NCBI GenBank assembly: GCA_964234715.1
Contig: OZ174279.1
From: Podarcis melisellensis
Taxonomy: Eukaryota
Strand: one strand, 5' to 3'
DNA: 64,000 nucleotides
In this document: positions 25,577-39,233 of the stretch, one piece after another
Numbering within the stretch: position 1 is the stretch's first letter
Layout of the letters: each line of letters starts with the position of its first letter
Made by a program: the position numbers and the translations under genes
The notes under the pieces: generated by a model
The model's database searches: none
What the model was told of the DNA's origin: nothing
Seen by the model: the letters and a program-made list of their open reading frames with translations, nothing else

Positions 25577-28500
25577 GTATAAATTGAACTCCTTCCTTCC
25601 TCTTTATTAACATACTATGGGGCTGATTCAAACCTACAAAAGCAAGAAATTAAGAAATGAAACTGCTAAACTCACCCTGTTGTGCTTATATGTGGAAGCT
25701 ATCAAGATTGCCTGTTGTGAAGCAGCCCTGACGCACAGCCCCTACAATACTAGTTCATGATGATGTGACATGGGGAGGGGGGAGATGATCTTCAAAGTTG
25801 GACTTTTAAATAAAGGAAGTTACTTTCTCTTGCTGCTTTATTCATGAACCATGTGTTCTTAACATTTTAGTATAGACTAACATACATTTGATGGTCGTTA
25901 ACTGTCTTGAGGTCCCAAATTGTACAAAAAAGCAGATCTGCCACCGCAGCACTCCTATGGCTGACTTTAGATCTTGGCAACCTCGTGAAAAATTAAAAAT
26001 CCAGGATAAACTTGAATCACAGATGAACCAAAATTAAGAAAAGAACAAAAAACAATGAGCTCATTTGTCAAAGCTGTGAAGCAGATTCATAGCCGCTCTC
26101 TGGCTGCACCTGTGAGGTGAGATAATTGACCGAACGTATGAGAGACGCCTAGTTATATCATATCAGCACAAATGCACCGTTTAGCTAATTTTTTGTTGAA
26201 TGTTATGCTAGCGAAATTGCTTCAGATAAACAGCTCATTACATGTTGGCATCTACTATGCAGTTTAGTTCAGATTAGTGGCCACTTTTTGTGGCTGCCTT
26301 CACACGTAGCATTAAGCTGGAGTTTTGGGCTGATTGTGGAGTGCTGTAAAGCAAATGGCTTCCTGGTTTGTTTCCCCGTTTCCCATTATGTTGGAAACAG
26401 GGATGGTGGTTTGCTGCTCCCTAACAAGTAATGGTTGTTAGCCAACCTTCAGCTATGGTTTGTTGTTGCCTTATGGATCCTGGCTTGTTAGGGAGCAACA
26501 AGCTACAATCTCCGGTTCACACTTAATGAAAACACAAGGTGTACTGGTTTGTTTATCTCACTTGCACCAGGAGAGGAACAAATTGGGAGTGATTGGACAG
26601 CATGCACTACCACACTGCATAATAAACCACAATAAGCAGAGTCACTGGCATATCATTATATGCAAACACAGCCATAGCAACCAATTTTTTAAATTATAGG
26701 TTATTATACAGGGCAGTTGGGGGGGGATTCACCTAAACTGAAGCCTTGTGTTTTCTGACCTGACTATGTAAACTAGAATTACTTTCTCACAAAAGTGTTT
26801 TAGAAACTAACAAAATAACATTTTCTAGATTGATACAAAACAGGGGGAAATGTTAATACCTTGCATTAAATATTTTACACTGATAGTCTTCTGCTGTTTA
26901 ATACAAAGCTACAGCAATTATTTCCTTCTCCATTTCAAGCTAAGGGTAGGGAAGGGATCAGCCAAACAGAATTGGCATGGAAATAACCATGGGTGATCAG
27001 AAAGCTGCATAATGCATCCGTCAGCTTCAACATACCCACTAACAAAAATAAATTACTTGCATTTGAAAAGAACAGCAATTCTTTCAGAGACTCTTCACAG
27101 TCCCAAACATGGGATGCCATGTTGAGTCTCAAAGAGCAATGCTTTCAAGCACCAAACTGGGCCAAATGATAAAAGAGAAGTAAAAAGTCCAAATATGAGC
27201 GGGGAAAGAATGTATGCTTCAAGTTCTATTTATGTTAAAGAGTGGTTTCCCCATGAATTTTTCTATAAGTAGTCCCAGGATAAACAGTATCACCAATCAT
27301 GTTTCATAACATTCACTACAGAATTTCAGCGCAACACCAATGTGTCAAGAGTGAATGCGTTCAAACAAACATTTATTCTCCTTGCCTATAGCTTCCTCAA
27401 AATAAAGTTATCTGAGAACCGAAAATTCTCATTTAGTCACAGCCCACAGGTAAGCTGCTTTCTAAAGAATACAGTGATAAATAGGTTGTTATTTTAGTTT
27501 TACCAAAAATAACTTTTAAAATACTGTATTAGAAAACTTCCTTTATGGAGAACTCTTCATAAAGGAACATTTGAAAAATAATCTAGTCTTTGTTTGTTGT
27601 AAGTCTCCAACCTTAGGAATACCTTTGCATTCTTAATACCTTTAACCTTTTGAAGACAGTCAGTTTCTTAGACAGTATTTAGTAATGGTCTCCTGCATCA
27701 AGGACAAATGCTTCATTTGAGCAGTTAAGACTAGGCCAATTGAGTACACAACTGGTTGGCATTTAAGGACTTTGTGAAGGAAGAGTCCTGTTTTGCTTTT
27801 ATCTCAGTACTTCCAGGTAGCGCACAATGCTCAACAAATCAAACAGAAGTTGCGTGCAAACCAGAGGAGGCAACCACACATTTACAGTGTTGCATAAAGT
27901 TTCAGTTCATTGTCCACAATTAGCACAGTTGCTTGAAAAATCACCAAGTACTGCTGTTGTGCCAATACAGAAAGAGAACGTGCAAATTTAGCAGATACAG
28001 AAAAGCAACACTATGTGTGTGTGGGGAGGATAAATGCTCTGTGTGTGTGCATGCGCACACAAGGGACAACAAGAGGACCACTTTAATGCTTAATTATAGA
28101 TGTTGGTTAAAATGCTGGTTGTTTGATTTCTTAAAAGAGTATTAAACGTTTCTGTGCTTTTCTTCTCTTCCGCAACGCCATCCTCTCAGTATTGTCCTTT
28201 GCCTTCTCTGCTTCCTTCAAACCTCACTCAAAAAGAGGACCTGGACAGGAAGTTATTAAACTTCAATCCTCAACGCATCTTCTGCACACTTTGCAAGGCT
28301 GAACTTTTCACCCACAGCCTACATTTCTATGACACCCTTTAGCACAGCCATAGTGAGGAAAGGCACAGCAACTCAGACAGCAGGATAGTGCCACAATTCA
28401 TCGCCAACCCCATTTGACACAAACAAACGGTGTGTCAGTCCTTTGAACGGGAAAGACTTATTATGAGGCAGCTGCTGAAAAGCAAGAGGGGCACATGGGC

Positions 28501-28937
28501 CAGGCTGCTACCGAATAATGACCCCTCTCTGGTTCAAATGTGAAATATACTAAAACTTTCAAAATCACATTTTCCCCACGACAGGAGTGGTCGCAGACAC
28601 AAATGCTGGGGAGTGAGTGGCTTAGAGTATTCTAATAAACGCAGGCATTGTTTGCACAGCACTGAGAAAAGGGTTCAAAACAAAGCTATGCTGCTGGTGG
28701 GCAAGAAGCAGAGAGCAGGATAATTTAAAGCGTGTGCTTTTCCCTTCCCCTTTGCAGGAGGCATGCCTGTCACTGCGCAGCTGTGCTGCCGGCGTCATCA
28801 CTCCCTCTGTCTCCCGTCTTGCTAATTAAAAGGTTGATCACAGAACAATGCTCTTCTCATTAATTTCAGTGTTCCGATTGGGCAGGATCCCCGTTTGCTC
28901 CGCCTGATCTTTTCCATGCGGTTGAAGTTAATGTGAC

Positions 28938-29101
28938 NNNNNNNNNNNNNNNNNNNNNNNNNNNNNNNNNNNNNNNNNNNNNNNNNNNNNNNNNNNNNNN
29001 NNNNNNNNNNNNNNNNNNNNNNNNNNNNNNNNNNNNNNNNNNNNNNNNNNNNNNNNNNNNNNNNNNNNNNNNNNNNNNNNNNNNNNNNNNNNNNNNNNNN
29101 N
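28938..29101. other. N-run (164 bp)
   Basis: Read directly. Confidence 0.99.
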
Positions 29102-30461
29102 AAACCTAGACACTGAGTGGCTTTATTAGGACACTGCAGCTTATTGATGTGCAGCTCCAGCAAAGTAAGATAGCATTTTCTTTTCAAACGGAAAGAAAGA
29201 GGCTTCAGCTGAGAGGCAGTATTTATTAGACTAATTCCAGGAGCAGCAGAAAGCTTGCTGCCCTGACACAGTTAATTGGCATCTTGATGTGTACAGCAGA
29301 TTAGGAACAATGAAAATGTTGCAGTTCGGGCATTAGGAAAGGCCATCCTGCAAATCTGAATGTGAATTTGCACACAATACCAAGGGCAGACAACTGTGTA
29401 ACCTTCTGACCAGATTTAACACAAATGTGCTTTAAAATTGAAATATGGCCATCAATAAAACAGCCAACACAAAAACCCCTGCACTTCTGCAACTCAAAAT
29501 ATCATATTAAGCAGTATCTTAGCACAACAAGGTACACAAGACACATCAATAACGTTCTACATTCTCAAGAGCTGCTCCCAAGGTCAGACATCTTGTTGTG
29601 AGTACCCAGCAGATTCTCTGAAGGTCAAAAGACTCTACAGCTTTACTTGATCGATAAGGCAGCAAGTTCAACCAGGACCTTCTGCAGAGATGGCTTTGTG
29701 CTGCTACCTGGTGCCTCAACAATACATGGAAAGAGACCTTCTCAGAGGTTAGAGGAGACTATAGTTCCACAGCAGTGCTGAGTGCTGATTTAACTGACAG
29801 AAACTAGTGTTGTGTACCATGATTCAAAGCTTCCACAACCATATGACTAAATGAAGCATTTGTACAGAAACAAAACAAGAATCCTTATATGGCAGGCACA
29901 TCAGTTGCAGTAAGAGTCTTGTTCTGTGGCAGACAGGACATGAAAATGAATTCTATACAAATATCTAAATTAGCTCTTTGTAAAGGCTCCAACAGAACAG
30001 TGAGGATGCACAATATTTCACTAAAAGAGTTAATCCAACCAGGGAAATTCAAAGATAACGGTTCCAAATCTAAGCACAGCAACAAGCAACAAAAACACAA
30101 ATTGGTGGATTCCAGAGAGAGAGAGAAAATCTCTCTTGGGCAGTTTTGACTCCTTTAGGGCACCGCCTCATTTTTAGTAGAACATAGCAATCTCTTGTGT
30201 TAACCATTATTTTTAATTTTAAGAAATAAGAAGAAAAAAAATCTGTCCTGGGCTTTTCTTTGTTGCTTTTGACTAATTTCTTTTTTACAAGCCGTTTTGA
30301 GTTTTTCTACCATACGGGGTAAATCAGAGCAGTATGGTTCTCAGTACTGCTTGGCCCCTCCTCTCCTAATGGACTCCTCTTTAGAGAGGCTTTGCCAAGC
30401 TTTACTCCTCAGAATTCCTGCATGGAAAATGGTGCGCCATGCCACAGTCGGAGAAACGTGC

Positions 30462-30817
30462 NNNNNNNNNNNNNNNNNNNNNNNNNNNNNNNNNNNNNNN
30501 NNNNNNNNNNNNNNNNNNNNNNNNNNNNNNNNNNNNNNNNNNNNNNNNNNNNNNNNNNNNNNNNNNNNNNNNNNNNNNNNNNNNNNNNNNNNNNNNNNNN
30601 NNNNNNNNNNNNNNNNNNNNNNNNNNNNNNNNNNNNNNNNNNNNNNNNNNNNNNNNNNNNNNNNNNNNNNNNNNNNNNNNNNNNNNNNNNNNNNNNNNNN
30701 NNNNNNNNNNNNNNNNNNNNNNNNNNNNNNNNNNNNNNNNNNNNNNNNNNNNNNNNNNNNNNNNNNNNNNNNNNNNNNNNNNNNNNNNNNNNNNNNNNNN
30801 NNNNNNNNNNNNNNNNN
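30462..30817. other. N-run (356 bp)
   Basis: Read directly. Confidence 0.99.
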
Positions 30818-31264
30818 CTGTTTGTGCATTAACTACAGAGCCAAAACGAGGCGAATTGATCGTTTGACTTTTGGAGTGGTCACGTGATCCCTGTGTGCGG
30901 GTGATCCGGCATGCATCAGCGGGCAATGCTGCAGTACATGCCTGATGAGGAACTTGCTTCTCATTATTACTCCTCCTAGGGACAAAGACACAAGAGCCTT
31001 TCTGAGCTGATCCAGACCCATGTAAACTTGCTCTGAACTTAGCCAAAGAGTGGATAAGGCTAGAACAGAGTTTCCCTTCCAAAATTCTTCCCTCAGATTT
31101 CTAGGTCTGGTGATGTTCCTGCAGCACACTAGGCTGTTATCCAAAAAGGTCACTCAGATGTTCCAGCTTGACGACTTACGCCCAGGAAGTGGATTTTTGC
31201 CACCATTTCATGAAATACGCCATTGTTCTCCCCACTTTACAGATAAAAAAACTAAGGCAACTAA

Positions 31265-31598
31265 CGTCTCCACCCCCATCGTTCAGCCCAGACACTGAGG
31301 TCCAGCGCCAAGGGCCTTCTGGCGGTTCCCTCACTGTGAGAAGCGAAGTTACAGGGAACCGAGCAGAGGGCCTTCTCAGTAGTGGTGCTCGCCCTGTGGA
31401 ACGCCCTCCCATCAGATGTCAAGGAAATAAACAACTATCTTACTTTTAAAAGACATCTGAAGGCAGCCCTCTTTAGGGAAGTTTTTAATGTTTAATGCTG
31501 TATTGTGTTTTTAATATTCGGTTGGAAGCTGCACAGAGTGGTTGGGGAAACCCAGCCAGATGGGCGGGGTATAAATAATAAATAATAATAATTATTAT
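31265..31598 (+). mobile_element. Lacertid L2-like LINE 3' fragment
   Basis: Encodes RAFSVVVLALWNALPSDVKEINNYLTFKRHLKAALF, an L2-type ORF2 end, followed by gggcggggtataaat(aat)n tail. Confidence 0.8.
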
Positions 31599-31835
31599 AT
31601 AACTTGTCCATGAATTCCACTGCTGAGCTGTGGTTTAAATCTACATCTGCAAGGTCAACAGGCGGTGTTTGGTTCAGAAGACCACAAATGGTACATTACC
31701 AATGAAACATGCATAAATATCGCCCTTTTTAATTATGCTTGCTTTCAGACATAAGTCGTTAAATAGACAGATGATCGTTGCACATGAGGATGTGTATAGT
31801 TTCTCCCTATGATCACCAAGGAAAACCTTGTCTGT

Positions 31836-32209
31836 TTCCATATATATCTTGAATTTATCCCATTCATTATTAAATTTTGTATATGGAAACAGAAATAAAA
31901 GGAAAATAAAAATGTTGATAAAAAACAAATATATATTTGAAAAAATCACAGTAGATATGAGATAACGCTTACTACGTAAAAATTGCTTGAAGAATGAGAC
32001 ACTGCAGATAAAAAAATATGATAACTTTTTTCCGAAATCGAGATAAAGGGAAGTCGATGAGTGTTTGTCAATGTAAGTTGAGTTGTCTATGTTTTTATGT
32101 ATTACATGTTTCGTTTTTCTTTCTTTTTCTTTTTTTCTTGGCTGTGTAAGTATGTTTGTGATATGTATGTATGTATGTATGTATGTATGTTAAAAAGCAA
32201 TAAAAAATA
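31836..32209 (+). mobile_element. 5'-truncated L1-type LINE with 5' inversion
   Basis: 18-bp TSD AAGGAAAACCTTGTCTGT (31818-31835 / 32210-32227). Inverted segment encodes TKFNNEWDKFKIYME; forward segment encodes YMETEIKGK*, then 3'UTR, (TATG)n, AATAAA and an A-rich tail. Confidence 0.8.
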
Positions 32210-33330
32210 AAGGAAAACCTTGTCTGTGTCAAGTGACTCACAGATAACTGCATATTTTCCTAAGGGAGACAGAAGTGGGTTGAAGGAAGACTGAATCATG
32301 AGATTTTTTTATTTCTACCTCCAGTTCTATAAGGTTGAAAGCTTTAGCATGCCACTCTTTTGCTACTCATCTGTTAATTCAGTAGAACCATTAATGGCAA
32401 AAGTGGCTGGGTAAACCTAGCATTTAAGAGGTCCTTGGTTGAAAACAGGCTGGGGGAGGGTGCAATGGTTTGTAAAAATCACTGGAGTGGAGGTCGGGGG
32501 TGGAGAGAACTATTTCTACCCTTATTTATTTCATGATGAACCCAACATGTAAAGTAGCTTCCAAGACAGGAGGAGGCTAAAATAAAGGCAACTGATATAC
32601 AATGTGTGCATACTGGAGAGAGAAAAATGCCTGTTTACATGTAGTTTAGCACTCAAAAGAAACTCTGAACAGCTGAAATACCTTATAAATAGCTCAGACT
32701 CAGAGGAAGTGCAAACGTCTGCATTGTGAATTGTAGATCTTAATTACAGACAATGGCTGGTACAGCAAGTACTACAGGAGGAAAAAAAACCAGTGAAACA
32801 GTTGCACTGTTCATGGCTGGCAATAACTCTTCAGGAAAATATTTACTATCAATCAGTTATGAGAAAAGGGACTCTGTGCTCATAAAACAGCACGTTGCTT
32901 CTCATACCAGCACCATTTTGATTCAGCATAATCTGAATTTAAACGGCTTGTTTCCTGCGGATATAATTTTGGAAATAAATAAAACAAATCTTCTATCAAA
33001 ATCTGGAGAATGTGGGAAGGGGAAAGGGAGGGGAGACGTGCACATTCTTTCTTCAATCCCTTTGCAAATAACTCTGACTAGGGGTGGGGGAAGGGGGAGA
33101 CTGTGAAAATGTAAAATATTCCAAATTAAGGCAAAATAGCCTCATACTTAGATTATGACCAACGTGCCACTGTAAAGAAGCTGAAAAGCCTAACCCTTCA
33201 GATGATTTTAATTATGCTTCATGGAGGCAGACTACTTGTGGGTATTAAGTAAACTTCATCTCAGTTTTACATTAGTTATAACACTTTTTATTTCCATTTG
33301 AGAAATTATCTCCCAAAGATAAGTGTGTGT

Positions 33331-33333
<3 letters not shown>

Positions 33334-33393
<60 letters not shown>
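33334..33393. repeat. (AG)n microsatellite
   Basis: Read directly. Confidence 0.97.
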
Positions 33394-33397
<4 letters not shown>

Positions 33398-36185
33398 GAT
33401 TCTAATTCCACAAGTTAAAGAACCATTTTGAGCCAAGTACAGCATCACAATGGAAATGCATCAGTTCCTGGAAGGCAGTATTAGGTTTGTTCAACCATAA
33501 TTATAAAGGAAACATGAACCTGGGCACAATATAGACCATAGCAGAGTCCAACAGAAAGAAAAGCGGAAACCCCCCCCCCAGTACTGAACACAGAAAAGTC
33601 ACAATAGATAAATGGTACTTCACTTAAGAAAAAGGTTGGCAAGACACCTCCAGGGAGATTCCAACAAGACTGGTCAAGACCTTATGTGCACATTGAAGGG
33701 CCTGAACATTCTCAGGGTCCGAAAATCTCAGGAGCACTAAACTCAGAGTTTCTCAAGCTAGTGTTTTTGATTTCAGGTTCACCTTCTAATATAGTCTACC
33801 TTCTGCCCACCCACCACCACCAGCCAACTATCTACTCATAGCAGGGGGTGTGGAGTCATGTGCACAAAGCCTGCTGCACGTGTTCAAAAGATCTGCGAAG
33901 TAGGAAACTAATGCAACACATGCATCAGAATGACTGACAGAACAAGACATATCCAACTCCTCTGAAGGAAAGCAGCCCACCAGGAAAAAACTGTTGCGGC
34001 AAAGCAACTCCTTCCAATTCATATAGGGATGATGGAGCAAGTGGGAAAGCAGTGACTTCCTAAGATTCAATGCTAGAGAGCATTCAACTCAGCCGTGTCT
34101 TGGATGATGAGGGGAAGGAAAAGGTCTACCTGTCTGAGAACCCCATCCCCTTTCTGGAACTTTTCATATCTGTCCAGGTGTTCTGCATCCCAAAGTGGGA
34201 CACTTCACCAGCAGGCATTTTTAGCTGTGTACCATTCTACCGGATAGCTAAAGTGATCACAGTCACTTGAAGAGCCAAGCTTACTAAATAACAGAACAGC
34301 TGCTTGCCTGGCTGGCTTTCACTGCGCCAGTGAAAGCAACACCTTGCCTGTCCTTGAGCTCCAGTAAAAAGTTGTGAGGATGCCTTATCAAAAAAAGTTC
34401 GGCATAACAGCCAGTCCAAACTGTTCTAAGGTGCTGAATTAGTAAGACAGAGAAGTCTGTTGAAACTCAATGAAAGGATCCTTTAAAGGAGACAGAGGTG
34501 TCTACAACCTGAAATTCATATCTCCTATAATCCTAGGAAACCAAAGACTGGCTCTAATGCCTGGTCTACCTTGTGTCTGATGGTAGCTATAATTTTAATA
34601 CTGCCAACATGCTGAACGGCTTCTGCAGTTGACAGATGCATGCTGATGGTTAGATACCAGCTTAAACTCCATCTGAGATTTTATATCCCTTTTAAAAGAT
34701 TTGGCAGACTGGGTTTGCAGATCATTACCAGCTATATAGCTACTTCATTCTTCTTTAAATCTTCTTAGAATCTTCCTATGTCAACTAGTGTCAGGCATTT
34801 ACTATGGCTGCCTTCAGACAGCACTTTATTCCATTTTCCTTACCTGATAATTTTAGTGTTTTAGGTGATCTTTCACATGTCAATTCAGGAAATCTAGTGG
34901 AAGTTTAGCACTCATTTGCACGCAAAATGCTTCCAGAAAAAAATCTGTTTGCAACCCCATTAACCTGGATAATCACAGGAGTTTTGTACTGAAATTTCCC
35001 TGTGGTTTTCACTGCTGCTTATGTGATGAAATTTAGGGCAGTATTCTGGCACTCAGTTCTTTCTTGCCAGCTTCCTGGGTGAATCACAGGGGAACAGAAG
35101 AGTGCATGCACATAAAAAGTGGTGGCATGTTTGATGATGTCCACTGTTGTGTCACACCATGTTCACTGGTGTGAATGGAATTTAGTGTAACACGGCAGTA
35201 TATGGAAAGCCACAGTTTCAGAACACAACAGTTAATGCAGTAACATTAGAAACAAGGACAGAAGTGCTAACACTGCAACCAGAAAAAAGTAATGCAACAA
35301 TCTCCACATCTAAATGTACCCTACACTGTTTTTCTTTAAATGCATTCTTTTGGGCCAGTTTTGAATATTCATTTTGGAAAGGCAGAGTGATGTTGAGGGC
35401 TACAAAAGGGAACAGATTCCTCTGTACAAAGGGAGGCCCACAAGAACTTTAAGTTTCAATTTATACCCACTGAATTTCACCTATAAAGCAAACTAGTGAT
35501 ATATTCACAGATACTACAATATTGAATCTCTGCAAAGTGGTTTGTTTAGTCTTCAGGATATTTGGCAATGCATATCCCATATCAACTCCACTTTCAAAAG
35601 GTTTTGAACTAGTAATGCAGTTCTCGTCTATGCACACCATCATGAGAAATATCCACTTCCTATGAGAGTTCAATGCTTCCCCACACATTTTAAGAACACC
35701 ACTCGCAGCAATACACAAATATGCAAAATATGTGCCCAAGAATAAACACTCTGGTGCAGCAGTGCTTGGAAGGACCATATCTTTTATCAGAGACGAGGAT
35801 TCATTACCTAATTTTTGTCTCTGGCTTTCTTCTCATAGATGTTTGTCAAGATCCCAGGGGAAATTAACAGAGTTCTAATTTTTGTGGGCGACCATTTTGA
35901 GGGCACACCTTTAATTAAAGGTGCTACAAACTACTTTTAGTAAGTGCAGCTCCCTTGTGATTTCCTGCCAGCCACACACAACTTCTGGTCAAACGAATGA
36001 GTTCTGCGTAGAAGAAAAGTTTACTGCTAGAGGAAGCGCATGCAGGGAAAATTCTGCCAAGCTATTTTATAATTTCAGGCTGAGAATTTGTAACCAAGAA
36101 CCTGAAGGGGGTTTCCAAGAAGACAGCTATATGTTTGCAGAAAAAGGGGGGAGGGAGAAACACCCATTTGTAGAAAAATAAGTGT

Positions 36186-36520
36186 GCCGCTTGGGCTTGC
36201 TGATCGGAGGTTCGGATCCCTGCGATGGGGTGAGCTCCCATTGCTCGGTCCCTGCTCCTGCCAACCTAGCAATTGGAAAGCATGCAGTGCAAGTAGATAA
36301 ATAGGTACCGCTCCGGTGGGAAGGTAAACGGCATTTCCGTGCACTGCTCTGGTTTTGCCAGAAGCGGTTTAGTCATGCTGGCCACATGATCCGGAAAAAA
36401 CTGTCTGCGGAAGCGGACGAACACTGCCTCCCTCAGGCTGTAAAGCGAGATGAGCGCCGCAACCCCAGAGTCATTCGCGACTGGACTAAATTGTCAGGGG
36501 TCCCTTTACCCTTTACCTTT
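36186..36520 (+). mobile_element. Sauria SINE, 5'-truncated older copy
   Basis: B-box GGTTCGGATCC; body similar to 14930-15294; ends in cctttaccctttaccttt. Confidence 0.92.
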
Positions 36521-36969
36521 CAAGTAAGAATCAAGGCATCAGTTTGGATACAACACTACACAAAACGCTTCTCAACTAAGAAGATGCATTTGCATTACAG
36601 AGCTGATGTCCCCCATCTGCCATAGAAGAACTGGACATCGCCGTATTTTTCAGAATATTAGGAAAAAGACAACCACAAGGCCTCCACCCCCCAAAAAATT
36701 ATGAGCCTGAACTCTGACCCTGTATCATCACATTTTAATTGCTCCACTGGAGTCATCCAGCACATGGAACAGGGACTGCAGAGACTTGGGCTCCATCAAC
36801 ATTTCCCAAGTCTTACTGCAAAAGACCCACCATGCCACTACATCACCTAGCTGCACCCTAAGCTACACTCTTTGCACTTACTTGCTTGATATGTATGTCA
36901 TGGCTTGCCCACTCTCCCCTCATTCTACTGTGGACACGAGGAGGACACTGGAAATTTTTGTTACTGTTT

Positions 36970-37520
36970 TATGTTAACCACAGTTTATGAATCATCTGAA
37001 CCCTAAACTGTGGTTAATCTTAAACTGCTGATCAGCAGAAATAAGCCAGCTTCACAAACTACTGATTGTGCATTCAGTATTGTGAGTCCAATTCTGAGGA
37101 GCTCCCTCCAAGCTGAAATAAGGCAGCCTGCTCCCTGATGCTTGGTAAACATTTTATGCTTGGTAAAGACTTTCAGCAGGCTCCCCCCCCCCCGAATCTT
37201 ATGGTTTATTTTAACTATTTTTATGCTGTATCCCTCCATAACACCTATTGTACACAATACAACTGCAGTATTAAACTATGTATAAATTATTAGAACTAGA
37301 AAAATAGTAATAAATAAGCCAAAGTTAAAATTAACCACAGTTTCACAGAGGTTAGACAACAAGGCGAGCTGTGGTTAATCTAAAACAGAAGCAAAAACCT
37401 TCCAAACTCTTCCTTGTAGCTGCCCCTGAGGAGGAGAAGGAGAAAGCAAGCATAAGGCCTGTTGAGGTTTGCTACCATAATACTAAACTATGACTTAAGT
37501 CTTTTGTCTGACCAGCTCGC
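36970..37520. mobile_element. Degenerate palindromic MITE-like element(s) with AACCACAGTTT / AAACTGTGGTT inverted motifs
   Basis: Repeated inverted pairs at about 36975-37017 and 37332-37378. Confidence 0.4.
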
Positions 37521-39143
37521 TGAAGCTCCTACCACACTGAGCTGCAAACTATGCAAAAGCATACAGAGACACGCACAATTGTACAGAGGGTGTGACGCCA
37601 TACAGCTTGGTCCTCTAGAGTAACATTATGTATACTACTGAATGCCAAAATTCAAACAGAGGTATCTATCTGGCCTTAGGGAGAATTTCATTCTGTCTGG
37701 GGTTAAGCAAGCTTCCCACAGAGTTATGCACACTGAGCGATTTGCTCAGACTGCTCACACATTGGCACCATACATAAATGGATGTTGGATTCTATAGAAT
37801 GACACACTTGAGGAGAAACGTTGTATGCGACAGGCAGTTTTACAGAAAGGTGGAGAAAATTTGCATGGCATTACTGTCTGCCAAAGGGATTATTTTTTAT
37901 ATTTGAGTAAAGTTAAAGAAAGGTTTCTTGGATATGGCATCAATCTAGAGCAAGAATACATATTCTGGGGGGAAAGGCATTACAGGAAGAAATCCCAAGG
38001 AATGAGGAGGGAGAAGAGGGCAATCATTTCTCTACCAGCCATTTTGTTGGGGGTGGGAAGAGGAGGGGGAGAGATGCTGCAAAAGCGCCAGCTGGTTTTG
38101 CTAACAGATGGCTGCATGCACTGATCTGTCCTGCAGGGCTATCCTGAACTTCCTTCCAATGGAAACATGAAGCTTAAGCAAGGCTAAACATGCCCTTTTT
38201 ATATGCACTGTATCGTGGCTGGAATGTTTTCCAGTCATTCACAATCCCTCAGACACGGTTCTTATTTTATGGGAGTTATATTTAGTTGCAGGGGAAGCCA
38301 AAGACAGGATGCACATTTCCCTGAGAATGTCTCTTTTGATGTGGCAATGCAAAAGGGAACATACCCAATCCACCATCCCTTGGAAAGTGCTTTGTTTTAA
38401 AATCAGATGCGCCTTCAACACCGCCCTTCTAACCCACTGGCAATGTCTCCATATGTGAATCAAATCCCCCACCTCGGCTCCAGTTGTGTGACTTGAGACA
38501 GTAGCCAGCAGGGGGGGGTATGAGAATATCATATGCTCCCTGTCTAAAATTGCAGGGGCTTAAATTCAGAAAGGAGGCAGGATTGCAGCCCTACAATCTG
38601 AATGCCCACTCAGCTGCCTCTCTCTGCTGGAAGCAAACATGGACAACTTGTTTGGACAAAGACAGCATAAAAATAAATAAACCACCAGTTGGAGGTGCAA
38701 CAGTTGAGTCGTGCATTTCTCATATTTACATGGCTACTGTATTGCTAAGGTACATTTGGCACATTTTTTGTTTTAAAGGGCCCAACAAATCATAAGATTA
38801 AAAAAACAAACCACTAGGATTTTCAACTTTCATTTCTAAATTTTCACCATATTATCACCCTAATTTCAAAAACTAATGATTATTATTATAATTATTATAT
38901 TTATTTATATCTCACCTTTTTCCTTTACAGGCAGGGAACTAATGAGGCAGGGATTCTTAGGATTAAAACAAAAAAATGTGCATTACCGATAAAGGACTAC
39001 ATAAGTTCCCATAAGACCCTATGGACTCAATTAGGTTTACACGGATACATTCAGAAAGCACAGTATTAAATTGCCTCTCCAATGAAGAGAGAATTTGCAG
39101 CTTATTGACCTGGTACAAGAATGATAGTTGCAGCTTTACTTAC

Positions 39144-39233
39144 TTTGGCCACACAGTTTTCAGTCTTCATAGCAGTGCTCCCTAAGCAAACTGCTTCCTG
39201 GTTGATGCAGAGCCTGGCACAGCTATTGTAGGT
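39144..39233 (-). CDS. BTRC: BTRC coding exon, equivalent to human exon 4; TYNSCARLCINQEAVCLGSTAMKTENCVAK
   Basis: 90 nt, phase 0/0, acceptor ttcttcttcacag| and donor |GTAAGT. The peptide matches the BTRC N-terminal region and distinguishes it from the paralogue FBXW11. Confidence 0.97.

Noticed and set aside
33820-34450. Coding-looking stretch with several 60-80 aa ORFs
   Set aside because: No recognisable domain, no consistent splice structure or codon pattern; probably decayed repeat or neutral intron.
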